This document shows, piece after piece, positions 12,001 to 27,000 of a stretch of DNA of 64,000 bases (within the stretch, counting starts at the first letter, position 1; each line of letters begins with the position of its first letter). Made by a program: the position numbers and the translations under genes. The stretch is from contig OZ037765.1 in NCBI GenBank assembly GCA_964035545.1, positions 23,869,504 through 23,933,503 of the forward strand. The letters run 5' to 3'. A model generated the notes under the pieces. The model saw only the letters and a program-made list of their open reading frames with translations, searched no databases and had not been told where the DNA came from. This DNA comes from Bugula neritina. Taxonomy: Eukaryota > Animalia > Bryozoa.

Positions 12001-15000
12001 ACGCTATTGTAGAAATTGATGATATAAATATTCAAGGCTGAGACTAGGTACGCAATGGCTGTTATTAACAACATTGCATCAACGACAGAGCACATTGGTG
12101 ACAGATCAGTGCTACTGAAGCAATTCAATGAAAACAGGAAATGTGAATTACAGCAACCATTACAACATTAATATTAACCATTGTGAAGATGAGCATGTAA
12201 AAAGAAGAACAGCAAAATACGCATGAGTTATAAGATTATTAAAACACAACTCATGTATAAGCAGAAACTTGTAAATTTGCTACTATGCAGTGAAAAATGC
12301 AAAATACTTGTGATTTTGAATTTAAAAAAAAAATTGTCTAAAATATTTACTCATTGAGAAAAAAAGTGAAATTGTTCCAACAGTGTGGGCCAAAATACTA
12401 TTGAACATCACAAAAAGCTCAAAACACTTGCAATATTTCCCTCCAAAACATGCATTTAAAGTACAATATTATAATAACATAATACAATCTGAAGCAATAT
12501 CATATATTCAAATGCAAATATCATTTACAAAAGTAAAGCTACACTCACCCACTAATAGGAGAACTCCTGGAAGAGCTGGAGGTTTCACCACTAAGCCCAT
12601 CTGCAGCACCTTGAAACAAAAACAGATTCTTATCACAACAAGTCCGGTAATACATCAACAGCGTTGGACTGTAATTATGTTGTTAACAAAACCTTCTACA
12701 CAAGTCAAACAGCTTTATTTCATGTTTAATACTAAAAACTATAATTACATAAGCTTAAAACTACTCCAAAATGCTAAATTATGATTTTTTGGGTGCATGG
12801 TAAAACCTTTTTTACTATGGTGGGAAGATTTCAGTGCTAAATTAAATAAGACAACTTGTATTATACTAAACACATTATGTACGCTGGTCATGAAATATTT
12901 TTTCAATAGAGGCAACAACTGCCACTTAGTAAGCAGCATGCTGTCAAATATATACATACTATCATGGTGCATCTGCAGAGTGATACCAGAGTCTTGCAAC
13001 ACCTGCTTCAACAGCTGATCCTTTACCCTGGAGTCCATCAGCATTTTCTCATAACGGGCCACGAGCTGGTTGTATTGAGCCTCTTTCTGAGAGCACTCGT
13101 AACCCCTAGTCAGGGCATGGGAGAGCAGGTGCTCCAGTAAGTACTCACTCTCCTCAATTGATGACATTTTCATCATTAAACTCAGAGCAGATTCACCCTG
13201 TACATGCAAAGTATACTTGAAATCTTGAAAGTAGGGTTTAAAGCCAACAAAATGTGCAGTGTATCGAGAATTTTTCAAATATATAATATATATAATATAT
13301 TATATATTATAACATATTACATACATTATAATATATAATATAATAACATATACATTGCTAGGGAAAAACATCCAAGAAATTGTCTGTACCACCATCGAGT
13401 CACATGACAGCTCCTTTTAAACTGCAGTGTAACAAAGTGTATAAACAAGCGTAGAAGGTAACTACAGAAGTTAACAAGCAAACATTATAAAATAATAAGC
13501 TACTAACAGAACATCAGTAAACAATAAACATGCATGCAACATCAATTAGTAACATAAACATATGCTAGTTAATTAGTCTCCTATTGTTTTGTCAACAAGC
13601 TGATCACAATTAAACAAGTTGAATAATTGAAACTCCCTTCACATGTTTCACATCTGGCTTACATTGCCAACAGCACAATATTATGCTGGTAGTACGCATA
13701 CCTTTGCTTCTTCCTCCATTTGCATGATATTATTTTGACATTCTGCCACATTACTGTGCAGATAATTCATGTTAGTTGCCATAGTTTCCAGCTGATCTTC
13801 TAAATCCATAGCCAGGTCAGTCTACAGTAAACACACATATGATTGTGGGAGGTGTTAACAAGGTTCAGTCAATAGAAAACTTTATTTCTCTCAGTCTAAC
13901 AGAATCCAATTCGTGTAAAACATTAACATCGAGGATTTATGTGTGATGATTTTGCCAAATTATTTGTTTCGTTTTGTTTTCTTTTCAAACTGCTTGAACA
14001 AATGAGGGTAAGATACTTTCACAGCAATAGTTCTATGAGTATCAAACTAGTGATTGTTATCAGCATTGTTCTGATGAGATACATGACTTATTGCAAGTAT
14101 AAATTACACAGAATGATACATTATCAATGACATTCATCTGATTTTTCATATACTTTACCATGATGACAGTTTGTTGGAGAAATTATAAAGATATACCTGG
14201 TTTCTATTGACTGCTCGATCCAGCCTCTTGTTGTACTCTTCTATTCTCTTACTCAACTCCTCTCTCTTCTTGATGTACATGTCCATCTCTGCCTCCATAG
14301 AGGAAATAGTCTGTTTCTTCATCACTAGGGCTGTGACGTAATGCTCTAGTTTATCCCATTTGTTTTTCGCATTCTGCAAGACCAGAAAAATCCACAAACT
14401 TAATACTGCTTTCAGTGAGAAGTAACGGCTGTTGCTTTTATAACTTTGTGAGCAACTTGACAGGAACATAACACCAACTGACGAATAAACCCTTATACAT
14501 GACATATAGTAATACAAGTTGTTAGCTTGCATCGTATGGATGTACCTTGGGTGAGAAGGGTGGAGTTGGTTTCACAACTCCATAACCTGAAGAAGTTTTA
14601 CTTCCTGATTTGTTTGATTTTACTGGAGTTCCAACTCGCTGAGAAGAATTGATTCTATGTTTAGCCGCAACTCGAGACGACGCAGTGGCTTCCCTTTGCT
14701 TCTTACGCAGCTGACTTACTTCCTCGTGCTTTCGCTGCAGCAGACAATAGACGTGATAAATACAAAGTATGCTTTCCACTCTAATACTGCAAAATGCTAC
14801 ACATGGTGTCATATATAATACAGGTCTAGACATAAATCAAGAACAGCAGTTTAGAATGAGTAAATATTAGCACTGACTCCTTAGTTAACACTAAAACTGA
14901 GATAAATGAGAAAAGCCGAATTGTGAAAACTGTGTTACTATGGTGAAAGTTCATTATTGTAACCATCTACCTTTAATATGGCATCTTTCTGTTTATTTTG

Positions 15001-18000
15001 CAGCTGCAACATTCTAACTTGATTATCCTGAATTCTCTTCTCTTTTTTTAGTTGAATTAATTCTCTACTCTTTTTCTGATCATTAAGTTTATTTTTTTCA
15101 GAGTCGGTTTTCATTTGTGCCATCAGCCTGACCTGTTACAGATAGCAAACACCACATAGCAACCTGCTATACACCACATAACATCCAGCTATATACTACA
15201 TGACAACCAGCTATATACTACATAACATCCACCTATATACTACATAACATCCAGCTATATACTACATAACAACCAGCTATATACTACATAACATCCAGCT
15301 ATATATTACATAACAACCAGCTATATACTACATAACAACCAGCTATATACTACATAACAACCAGCTATATACTACATAACATCCAGCTATATATTACATA
15401 ACACCCAGCTATATACTACATAAAGCCAAGTAATGACAACTATACCTTAACTTTCTTCATGTCACTCAGCTCTAGACTCAGCTCCTTTATTTTCTTGTCA
15501 TATACAATCTGATTCTTCATCATTTTTGCGTGTTCTTTCTTAGCGGCATTTACTTTGCTAAGTTCAGTCTGCATCACTGACAGTCTTTTTTCATATTCGG
15601 ACTTGACTTTCTGTACTTGTTCTTCAGATTGTTGTTTCTTACTTCCTGAACACAAAAATCACCATATTATCATATGATATCATATTCTTTTCTCACCTAT
15701 CTCCACTTTGTCCTGTTCGGGTAGCGGGATCATATGATATCATATGATAATATCCTATGATGCAAGGCTATAGAATATTCAACTATATTACATCAATACG
15801 TACAAGATATATGAACAACATGCACCACAATATATCAGCACATATATAGACATATAGTAGAAGACATGTACTATGATATATCAATAGCTATAACAGCCCT
15901 CTACCTAGGCTATTGAGCACTTGATCACGCTCCCGTTCTATTGCTTTAATCTGTTCCTGCAAGTTCTGCAGCTTATCTTCGTAATGCTGCCGGATGTTAT
16001 GAAGCTGGCGCTGACTTTTCTCCAACTCTTCTATCATTCTCTGCTTCAGTGAGATTTCACCCGTTAGTTCAGCTAAATCTTCTTGGAGGTGATCGGATTC
16101 TGTAATGGAAATGTGTGTTAATTATTACAAGATATCAATTGTGACAATCTCACTCTCAACATATACATAGAATGCTGAGTCACTTCTGCTTGATCAACTC
16201 CGTGTTGACTAGACTACTTGTTAGTATTTAGTAGGAACGCTGCAAGACGCATGCAATATTTGTAGCAATAACATCAAACGGATGAGAAACTCCATGCAAA
16301 TGGCAAATACACTCTCATTAAATTTTATTCTGATAAACAAAGCATGAGATGCAGATATTACAGTTAACCTATTATATTAATGACTATCAGACACTGCACA
16401 ATGTACGCGTAATGAATTCAATCGATTACCATCCTGGGGAGAAGAACTCGAAGTAAGCATAACCAGAGGAGTTTGAGGAACTGCAATATTCATCATTATA
16501 ATGAAGTCAGCAATGTATGACTCATGCAGATAATACGCCCCGACATGCTGGGTTATAGCAAACGACTCGAAAAACATAGATTTGCATCAAAACATATATA
16601 ACCTATTTCCCTAGTGTCTTGCTGAGAAACCATGAAAGTAGTACAAAATATGCTATTTATCTATTCTATAACATATAAGTTATCAATGGTGCGCATGGAT
16701 TGGACGAAGCAGTCATGCTGGTATAGTTTATAACCGTCCACATTACAGACTCCCCACATCAACTGCTCACAATTACAAAGGGTTGACAAGCAAACCTGTT
16801 CGATAAACGAAGGATAAGGTGTCTACAATTTAACAGAATTCTAGAATATAAATCTTACAACATATTTGAATTTTGAGCAACAAAATTATTTATTCTTACC
16901 ACACATACTAAAACAAATGCATGGAATAACTATTGTTATTATTTTAGCACTTCAGTGCCAACTGATATTATCAGTGATTAACCATTCCATACTGGATACT
17001 CAAGTTTTAGCATACGCAACCCTCAAACATCATATTATTCAAATAGTTTTTTATTTTAAAGGAATACACGAGAAATTCTAAAACCCTTGTGTAGCTTTGA
17101 ATCACATTAAAAGAAGAAACACTGTGGTATGCGCCAAGAAAAATAACAGAAAATGATAATGTCACAATTAGCCGATAAATGCAATAATAAATTGCAACGT
17201 CACTAACATCAACAGAGCATAGTGATCCCACATGACATGTCATTTAGTACTGTGATGGAATATTCACCTCTGTCAGATTCATCCGACTCCGAACTTATGC
17301 CGTCAACGAGTCCGTCATCTTCCCCTTCCTCATCACTGAGGTCATCGTCGGGATACGACTCCTCGTTGTCGGGCTCACCACTGTCCTCGTCTCCCCCACT
17401 GCCTCCACCACTGTCAATCTTTTCAACAGCTTCATCTTCAGCTCTACAACAAAACCCCAAACCCTGTTTACTTACTGACAGGTGTTGAATTATAAACTTC
17501 AGTAAATCAAATAATGTTAATTATCCACCATAATTAACAGTTATAAGCAATATAAATTTGTAATTTCAGAGCCAAAGGTGATTGTGTCACACAGGGTAAC
17601 TAAACGTCTATTTTGATTTACCAGTCATAATTAACGAGACTAGAGAGCCAATAACTAACAGCAATAATGCAGCAACAGGCTTAAAGTTTTCTACCGTTTG
17701 TTTATTATAGCATATTATAGCATATAAAAGCTTTAGTCACACATTATGCTGTCTGTAATAGAGCCATGCATGAACATTGTAAAATTGAGCAAAAAAGTGT
17801 AGTAGTATTATTAGCATGACTTACGCTTTACTGTTTTGCCGAGATATAAGATTTTTACGACTTCTTTCCACATCCTGTTTAGCGAGTTCAATGATGGACA
17901 TGGTGTTCTCCATAGACTTAGAAACTGGTACTATGGAGTCTCTAGGTGTGGTCATTGGTGAACCCAAACCACTACAAGAAACAGCTTCATAAAACTAGAC

Positions 18001-21000
18001 AGAATACTGTAGATAAGGCTGTGTCAATCATGAATATTTTGGTCAACCTCATCAACTGTATAGAAGAACTTATACCAGCTAACTGCTGAGCTTCCAATAA
18101 CACAGAACATACCAACCTTTAAATGTGCCCAACACTTACTAGTACGTTGTTTAAAAATCACCCATCAAAACACATTGAAGTTGCAACTATTTGTGTGCAT
18201 TTTTAATGCTGCAAATAATAGCTGACAAGACTAAATTGGAACCACTGCATCTCTTTTAGAACACAAACGCCATAGAGTTGTGTACATTGCATTACGCTTT
18301 AAAGGCTTCCTTAAACTCAGTAGTTTCCATAGTGAACACTTTCAACTCTTAATTTATTAATCTAGGGAAAGAATGACAGAGGAAGCATTACCTGGTCACA
18401 GCGTAGCCATGTCTAGATGAATTCCGAGCCGACACAACGTCACCCATAGACTCGTACTCAATAAGTTTAGTCTTGAGCTGCTCTATCTCGCAGGTATAAC
18501 CAGCCACTAGCTTCTGCATCTCCTCATTTATATTGTCACCTTTCAACATACACAACATGTTAGGGTATACACTACGAGATCTGCTAAATGAGAACTGATT
18601 ACATTTCCATTTGATGTATTTTATTTAATCAAATGTTACACAATACTGGTATTAGGAAAATCACCTGAAAGCCCACTCAGAATAACAGCTGCCTTGTCAT
18701 TGGCTGCCGACGCATTCATGGAGGTCAAACTATCAACTGTCTTCTGCAGAGCTTTCACTCTGCAGCGTAGCTTCTCATTCTCCCCTTGCAGTAGGGAATT
18801 CTCATGAAACATATCATTGATGGACTCCACGCCATCTGGACCAATCATTCTTTTTCCCTGCATATTAAGATACAATGAGACTTATACTGATTTCAATATA
18901 ACAAAACCACAAGCTAATAAAACATAAGACGGTATTAAACTCAAACAAAAGTAGAATGAATAAACACAAATAAAAAATATTCTTCACCATGTTGATATAT
19001 TGTAAGGCTTAGTAAGAGCAAATGTTTACCTTTCCTACAATACAAACAAAGTGCTGATATAATTAGAGTATTTTGGTGCTTACAAAGACTATCCAATTAT
19101 TTTGTACTAAACAATGAGTTTACAAAACAAACATTGAGAACATGACTTCAATTTAATCAATATTTTGTAAAACAGATCAATTATGATATTAAGAAACCTC
19201 AAAGAACCTAACACAATGCGATGTACTAATGACTGAACAGAATTACAATATAGTCAGATGAAATTCAACAGAAGAGATACAATACAGTCAAAATGAAGGC
19301 TAATATTACTGATAATTGGATAGTGAAGCAACAACAGCTCCATAACTATAATACAAACACTGCTACGTTTCAACACCTAATATTACCATCATCCAATGCA
19401 GAGAGACACCAAATCCACTCCATATTCTTAAACAATTCTACATAATCACAACAAACTATTTCATGTCTCTATTCACTGCAACTATGACAGTGACTTTGTG
19501 GCACTAATCATTTATTTTGGTATATGTACATACCAACATTTTCAAAGTTTAGATAATAAAACCAAACATAGATAATATTGTAAAATGACAAAGCTATCGA
19601 AAGAGTATTTTTAAAACAATTATATCCAGATTCAAAGTGCTCATCACTATAATATATATCATTATAGTGCTAAGTATGACCATAAAACTTGAATCAATCA
19701 CCAAATAGACAGTCACAAAAGGAATATACACATTGCGTAGGATATAGACTTGCAACTTGTCATTGTATACCTGTTTGTACTCTGCCAGCTCAACCTGCAG
19801 AGACTGAATCTGTAGTCTGAGTTCAGTGAGCTGTTTGCTAGTTTTGTCCTGGTTCAGAACAACCTTGTTCTTTATATTCCTGGCACGGTTGGCATACTTC
19901 AGTGTGTTTAAAGTCTCCATGAAATCTCGATCAGACGGGGATATGCAGGCTATCATCACAGTTCGGCTGGACATATTACATCAACATTTATTAATTAATT
20001 TTATTAATAATTTACAACCAATATGTGATTATGTTTTTGGTTTGATAATGAGAAGCAGTTAGAAAATAAATAAATGAGATCATACTACCAGCATTCAATG
20101 CACTTTTGACAAGCATTAGTTTAATTACAGACAATAATTATTATATAAGAGAGGTTTTTTATGTAGTGAAGGGTTTCTTATTCAATTCAGCTGTATCAGA
20201 AAAAACTTTTTTTTGAAAAGTCAAGAAAAATTACTGAAGCTAGCTTTTGAAAATTGAACAAAATTCAAAAAAAGAATGTTTATAATAGTTGATTACAGTT
20301 TATTACTAATAATGGTTATACACAAATATAAGCAAGTATTTGTTTACCTATTTCCACCGAGAGAGTCTTGCAGAAGACGAGTTAACTTGGAGTCTCTGTA
20401 CGGTACATGACTGCCTTTCTTGGTAGCATCTCCCAGTGCTGAGATAACATTGCCAAGTGCCAACTGTAACCATCACATTATAGTTATTATAAATCCATTG
20501 AAAACATTTTTACAAAAGAAAATCACAATGTTTCCCTGTGCACTAACCAAGCCGCAGTTTATGGAGATGCCCTCTTTAGCACGGTCGCCAGTGGCACCAG
20601 TTCTCTTTAGTCTCTCGGACCCAGCGAGGTCGACAAAGTTGAACTTGGCTGTCAGAGTTTCAAAATCATCCACGGCAGCGGTGTCAACATCTTTAGATTC
20701 GTCTCCCACCTGTAACAGTGCTGACTTAGAAATACTTTTTTAAACTGGAAGTGAAGATTGTCTCATTGAGCCCAGTCTTATCTGAAACTCTTTCATTGAC
20801 TATAGTTGTGAGATTTGCTGTTCACACAATTATTTGCATATAAATTTAAGCAGGGTTGACAAAATTAGTTCATCTTGAATAGACTACAGCTACTGTAACA
20901 GTTACATATACAGCCACAATGTAGACATGTTACCATGCAGGTAGTCACCAAACTATTCACAAGCCATTACCAAAAATAGAAATTATATACAATACAACAT

Positions 21001-24000
21001 TTGCTGGAAGCTTGTCCAATAGTCAAGTTAGAAATTTTATGAGGGGTGATTGATATTGACCAATTCACATAACTTGATAACTTGATAAGTAGATAGTATA
21101 TCCAATACTTACTAGTTGTAAAGTTGATCTAGTTTGTTTGATAAGCAATGTAAATATTGCATGAGATCTTGAAGACTGGCTGTTCATGTTGGTGCTAGCA
21201 GTAGTGCGGGATAGGGCACCAGCCCGCAAACATTCCATAGTCTAAAAATATCAGATAAAATAGACCGCTTAAAGCAGGGTTGACATAACAGCCTACAGAG
21301 ATGTTAAATTTATTAAAGGATTGCTCTATCTTGTCTAATAAATGGCCATTTAGGTCAAACACACATAATATTGTGTTTTTCTAAGCATGCATTGACAAAA
21401 AGCATTTGACCAAAGGTAGAAAAAGTTAGTTGAAGTTGAGGGTGTAGATTGGTAACAGCCAAAACGCCGATTTTGAAATGAGCTGGGAACTGTGACGTAA
21501 CAGCGCCAGCATTCCTGCTGGTCACGTGACTATACAAATGAATTACTATAGAAATATGACTGTGAGATGTGATCTTTCAGCTCGTAATTTGTATATTTAT
21601 AGAAGTGCAAATGTGAATTCTCTTAATCTATAGCTTTTTGACATTTTAAATAACATGTATGTAATAACATTAGGCTATATTTTGCTTGTAACCATTAGAA
21701 AAAAGCATTGCAAAAGCATGCATTCTTTAGGATGAATGCCTGCAATCAATCTAAACTAGGTCAGATTGTGCAATATTACGGGCGCACCAAAGTTGACCTA
21801 TATAGCGCACTGTAACTGCTTGAGCGTTATTGGTTGATATTGTGCTCAGCAACCTTGAATACTAGCGTTATAGTTAGCACGTGCAGCATAGTTACTGGCG
21901 TTCACACGTCACGTATTAGGCTATTCTTTTTCATGGCTGAAAATTTTACCGCCCTCAAAATTGGAATTTTGAAAAGCTGTTTTCTAGGCACATATCCCTT
22001 TGCAAAGTCACAATTGTTTGCATACACATTAAATTATAGTTCATAATTATAATGTGATTGTAATAAACTAAGATTGAGCAATCCTTTAAACTTGTGCATG
22101 ATTTGTATAAGCAGTAATGTAAATATTGTAGGTGGCGGCCTATTTGTACTTTAAGATTGATTTAATGTTATCAGAAAGATAGTAAACTCTTTATGAACTA
22201 CATTAAACTAGAGGGTAGAAAATAATATGGAACAGACTCAATACAAGCTTAGAGCATGTGGCCAGTACACAAAGATATATTATTGTAAGCTATGCCATTA
22301 CTTAACACATGACGAGGTAATAACAAAGCCGCTCTGTGCAAGTCGCTTTATCATGACATTATCATGAGTCATATAATCCAAAGCATTAAGAACATCTCCG
22401 GAGAATCTTAGAATTAACAAGGTGTGTGAGGAATTAATACATTGCATGACAGCCTTCTTACAGATGCGATGGGAGAGAGCGGAAGATGTAAACAACATGC
22501 AACATGTGCTATTTATTTATATTTCATATTAATTATGGGGCAACAGCTTTGGGAATTATCTCCCTGGCACTGCATAAGATTTGAGTAACTAAACGCTGCT
22601 ATATAGAGATGACAGTGGTACTACTCAACAAGTTATCTAAAATATTTTCACCAGATGCTATTTTTCATAATAACAGAAGTGTAAGCTCATATTAAAACAT
22701 TTGTTGACAGTAAAAAAAGGTTTGGTTATAAAAAAGTTTAATACATTTGCATGAACTTTTACTGAAACATTTTTATTTTCTATTAACAGTACCTTTCCTT
22801 AAATTTGCAGTAATAATGCTTTATTTATCAAGTTTTATGTAAATATTCAGTTATCCAAATGATAACTAGCAAACACCAATGAGATTTAGTGGGGGGATAA
22901 CCACAAAAGCAGTGCTGTTTACTCGCTTGTTTTGCTACAAACCAACGAAGGTGCACAGAAAAACCATGCAACCCTAAGAATATAGCAAATTAGTCTACTA
23001 GAATAGTACCCCAAGGCCAGCACACCTTGCACACGACTTACATAACGTAGCAGTTTAATTGTTCATGGTTTGCCAAAGCAGTGCTAAAATAGTTTGGAGG
23101 AGGTAAAACCTTTCAACTCAATAATTTGATAGAATTACAAAGGCAATCAGTCTAGAGCTAACTGTACAAACTAATTCATTTAGATAAAATTTTCAAGTGG
23201 CCATATTTTAAAATTCAATTAAATATATGCAAATATTTCGAGATACTGTAGTCTGGGGACAAGTGGTGTGAGAATAGGATATTACTTCCATGGATAGTAA
23301 CTATTTCAATAAAGAGAAAAGATGCATTGTGAATTGATTTCATTTGCTGTACTTGTATTTCAAAACTGTTTGGTCCCATCAAGTGATCTTTTGGTGAAGA
23401 AACTACACAGTTTCAAACTATAAGGAATAAAATAAATTCCCAATTCATCTTTTTCTGTTAATTAAAACTTTAGCATGCCTGAACAGCTTATATAACTATT
23501 TCAGATTTAAAATCAGTTTATTGATACCCTGGCACAAGGATACAAGTGTAAAGACTATTGAGCTTAAAGCTCTACTAAGATTAGAGGTAGAGTATGCATA
23601 CTTCATGATAAGAGGTAACCAGCTTGCCAGCCACTCCTTGGGTGTATATACTGCCATTAGAGTCCTCGTGAATCTTCACATTAGATTTACTTCTCTTACC
23701 CTCAGCACCAATGGAGACAGAGTCGAACAAATCATATATATCTTCATTGTATAACTCCAAGAACTGGGCCACCACTTGAAATGCAGGCATAGGCAATGAA
23801 TTGTCAACAGAATCTTGTTTTAGTTTTTGTATGCCTTCAAATAAATGTTGCACTGCTCTGGGAATAATCCCCACTTGATCTTCCGAGCCGTTGATGTCGA
23901 AGCCTGTACCCATAGAGTAGGTCTTGCCAGACCCAGTCTAATCAAATAAAGGAAAGTATGTGAGAGAATGGCAACAGGAAAACACTAATATCTAGTTGAC

Positions 24001-27000
24001 ATTACCAGCTACAATGAGTACAAGGCACTGGGGTTCAGACTGTTTCTAAAGTTAGTAATTCAGTAATATTACCAATCATCAGAAATGACAAGAAAATGAT
24101 CAATTAGGGAAATATTTCCTTCTCAAATACCAGATAATCAACTTATAGGTAGGCAATACCTTCGTGGCTGCTGGTAACCAAATTTTGATTGCAAAGCTTT
24201 TAAGAGAATTTTTGTGCTATTTGTTATGAAAAATTAGTTGTTTCTTCACTACTAGTAAACCAGCTTTTATATCCTGTCATATTCTAAAGTCTAAACTCTA
24301 TAATCTATATCATAATATCAGTCTTCTCAACCCACGCTACTAACATAGGCTTTACTTTTTGCAAATTTCCATTAGTAATTAAATACAGTCTATTATGAAT
24401 TGCGTTAGTAATGTAGAAGTGCCACTGCTTCACTCTTATTAAATGATGGGAGGTGGGTTTTGCAGAATTAGTGAATACTTTTCCTACTAGTAGGACAGCC
24501 CAAGACACTGGTGGATTTAAAATGACAAAGAGCTGATGGTGGAAGTAGTAGACAATTAGTCATGTATCTCAACAATCATTATTAACACAACTCATCATTA
24601 CTTAGCAACTGAATGGTTCACCAAATATCTACTACATAACTTTGAACTTGGTGTGACAGGGCATTGTCTGGAGGTAAATATTATAACAAATATTATGACT
24701 TCATAATGCACCAGCTAATATCACAGGAACCACTGCAGTTGGATGTGGATGTTATTGAAGATTACCAGCAACTAGCAGCATACATCTACTGCATGTATGT
24801 GTTTAGATGGGGGTTCAGATGGGAATCAAGGCATTTAGGTGCTAAACTAGAGTATTAGTTATCAACCAATAGTACAAGTACCACCATGCAATATCTTCCC
24901 ATATCACCAGAGATCTAGTGTAAGTTATATATGGGGTTCTGCACAGAGCACTGAGTAATGCGTATGCATGTTTTTTATAGGTCTTATCATAGGACAAACT
25001 TACCTGACCGTAAGCCAGTATTGTAGCATTATATCCATTCAAACACCTGCAACAAGAATTGAATGAATGTGATGAAGTGCAAAAAAGAACTTAATTGAAA
25101 TAAGGTGAATATAAAAAAGAAACACCAAGTGTTTTATAAACATGCTGCACCATAAACAATAGAGCAACGCAACACATTACCTACGCTTATGTAATTTGAG
25201 TACTACAATATTCAGTAGTTGTAAAACACATTGTTGTCAACCCATTGCAATATGCACGTGATTATAATATTCATGGAGCATATATTTATGAATATTATAA
25301 TCAGTGTTTGAACTTTGCCAGTAACTTAGTAGAGACAAGAAATAACCTGCCGGTAGCCTTGAATTATACCACACTGAGTATTACTAACAGCCTAACATCA
25401 AGTCTCAATTTCACTGAAATTTCAACAAAAGACAAAACAGATTTGGCACCAACCTTAACACCACCAACTCAAAACCACCAATTTTAACTAAAAGGAACAA
25501 CCGGCAGGGGATAATTATGGAACTCATACAACTGTTCGGACAAGGAATTTAAGCAATTCTAGTGCCTAACATGTTATCTGTAGACCCACTCATCCACAAG
25601 ATGGTTGTACTAGAATATATTATCAAAAGCAAATACATAAACCAGGCTTGTTCAAAAAAGTTAGATTAGCTGGAAAATTGCCAAGAGGTGGAAGTATGCA
25701 AACTTGTAGCTTTCATTTCCAATAATAGTGGAAAGTAAAGTCCCTTGAGCTTGGTTGGAGTCTGCACACAGTGCATTACATAGTCTGACATTGAATAGTA
25801 AAAGTAGCCTGCAGTCTCGTCTACCAGATGACTGTATTTCAATTATGCCACACGAAACGTGTTTAAAATGCAACACAATGAGCCTGTTGATGTTGCTCAG
25901 CGGCCAATTATCTTAACACTGCTTGACTCTGCAGTTGAATGAACGTGGGACTAACCCCTCATTCACACTTACCGTATCGTACGCCGTAACAGCAAAAATA
26001 AAATGGCGACGCTGTTGCATTTTGTCAACGGGTGTTCACACGTTGCCGTAGAAGTACAATGCATGACGTTGAGCTGTGACCAATCATAATAAAGCCAACT
26101 CTTGTCTGCGATGATTTGAACGCCTTTGAATATTGTTTACAAATTATTCGCAACATTCTTATCAAAAGATGTTATATAAATGCTATTTACTAAAAAAAGC
26201 AATTACATGAAAAGAATCTTTTTTTAAATATATTCGTTTTTAAAATAATTGTGCAAACTAATTTAAATAATGAATATTTAAGCCGTTCAAATCATTTTTA
26301 AGTTTTTGGTTTGCTTGATTTTGTGATTAGGGAAAGCTAGTTTTTGAGTTTAATTCAAACAAGCCAGATAAAGATTTTTTAATCTTCTAAAACTTTTGAA
26401 TTGATTAAATTAAATCAAAAATAAGCGATTAAAATAAACTAGCGAAAATGTTCTTTAAATTTTAGTACCAGATCAACTCTACCCAATAGGAGCCCGCCGT
26501 GATTTTTTGAATCAAGCACTGCTTGATCAACGCCGCAACGTATACCGGAGTACGATTTAGCCCGGATGTTAACAAAAATCGCTAAAATCTGCTGTTACGG
26601 CGTACGGTACGGTAAGTGTGAATGAGGGGTAACAAGGTGAACATTTACTAAACAATGTTTAATAAGCAAGACAGATCCAATGCATTCGATCATTCATTAA
26701 ATTCTGTAGAACTTAAAAGACTCTTTGCTAGAAAGTGAATCATGAAAAGTTTTTAATTAGATGTGGGAAGAAGACCCTAGCAAGTGCAACATGTTCCGAC
26801 GTATCAGTAACAACATGAAAATGGTGCAAATATCCAGCACAATCAATGCACATTGCCTAATTTATGGAATGCCAATAAATTGTCAAATAAAATTAATCTA
26901 AAAAGAATTTATATCAAAATTGTCAAGCATTCTTACAACAAGTGGGACATGTTAGACAGAAAGGTGCAAGAATGACATGAAGAGAGAGAGGTGAATAATT

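Noticed and set aside
15151-15422. CRISPR-like regular array
   Set aside because: The 22-bp units are contiguous with no unique spacers, the context is a eukaryotic intron, and there are no cas genes. It is a minisatellite.
20846-22150. Possible TTAA-type element starting aagcagggttgaca (at about 20848 and 21272) and the CpG-rich tract 21440-22000
   Set aside because: Probably repeat-derived, but I could not find a matching inverted terminus or TSD, so boundaries cannot be supported.
25343-25514. Small degenerate inverted repeat cctgccggt...accggcagg
   Set aside because: Only about 9 bp match perfectly and there is no clear TSD. It may be an old MITE but is not supportable.
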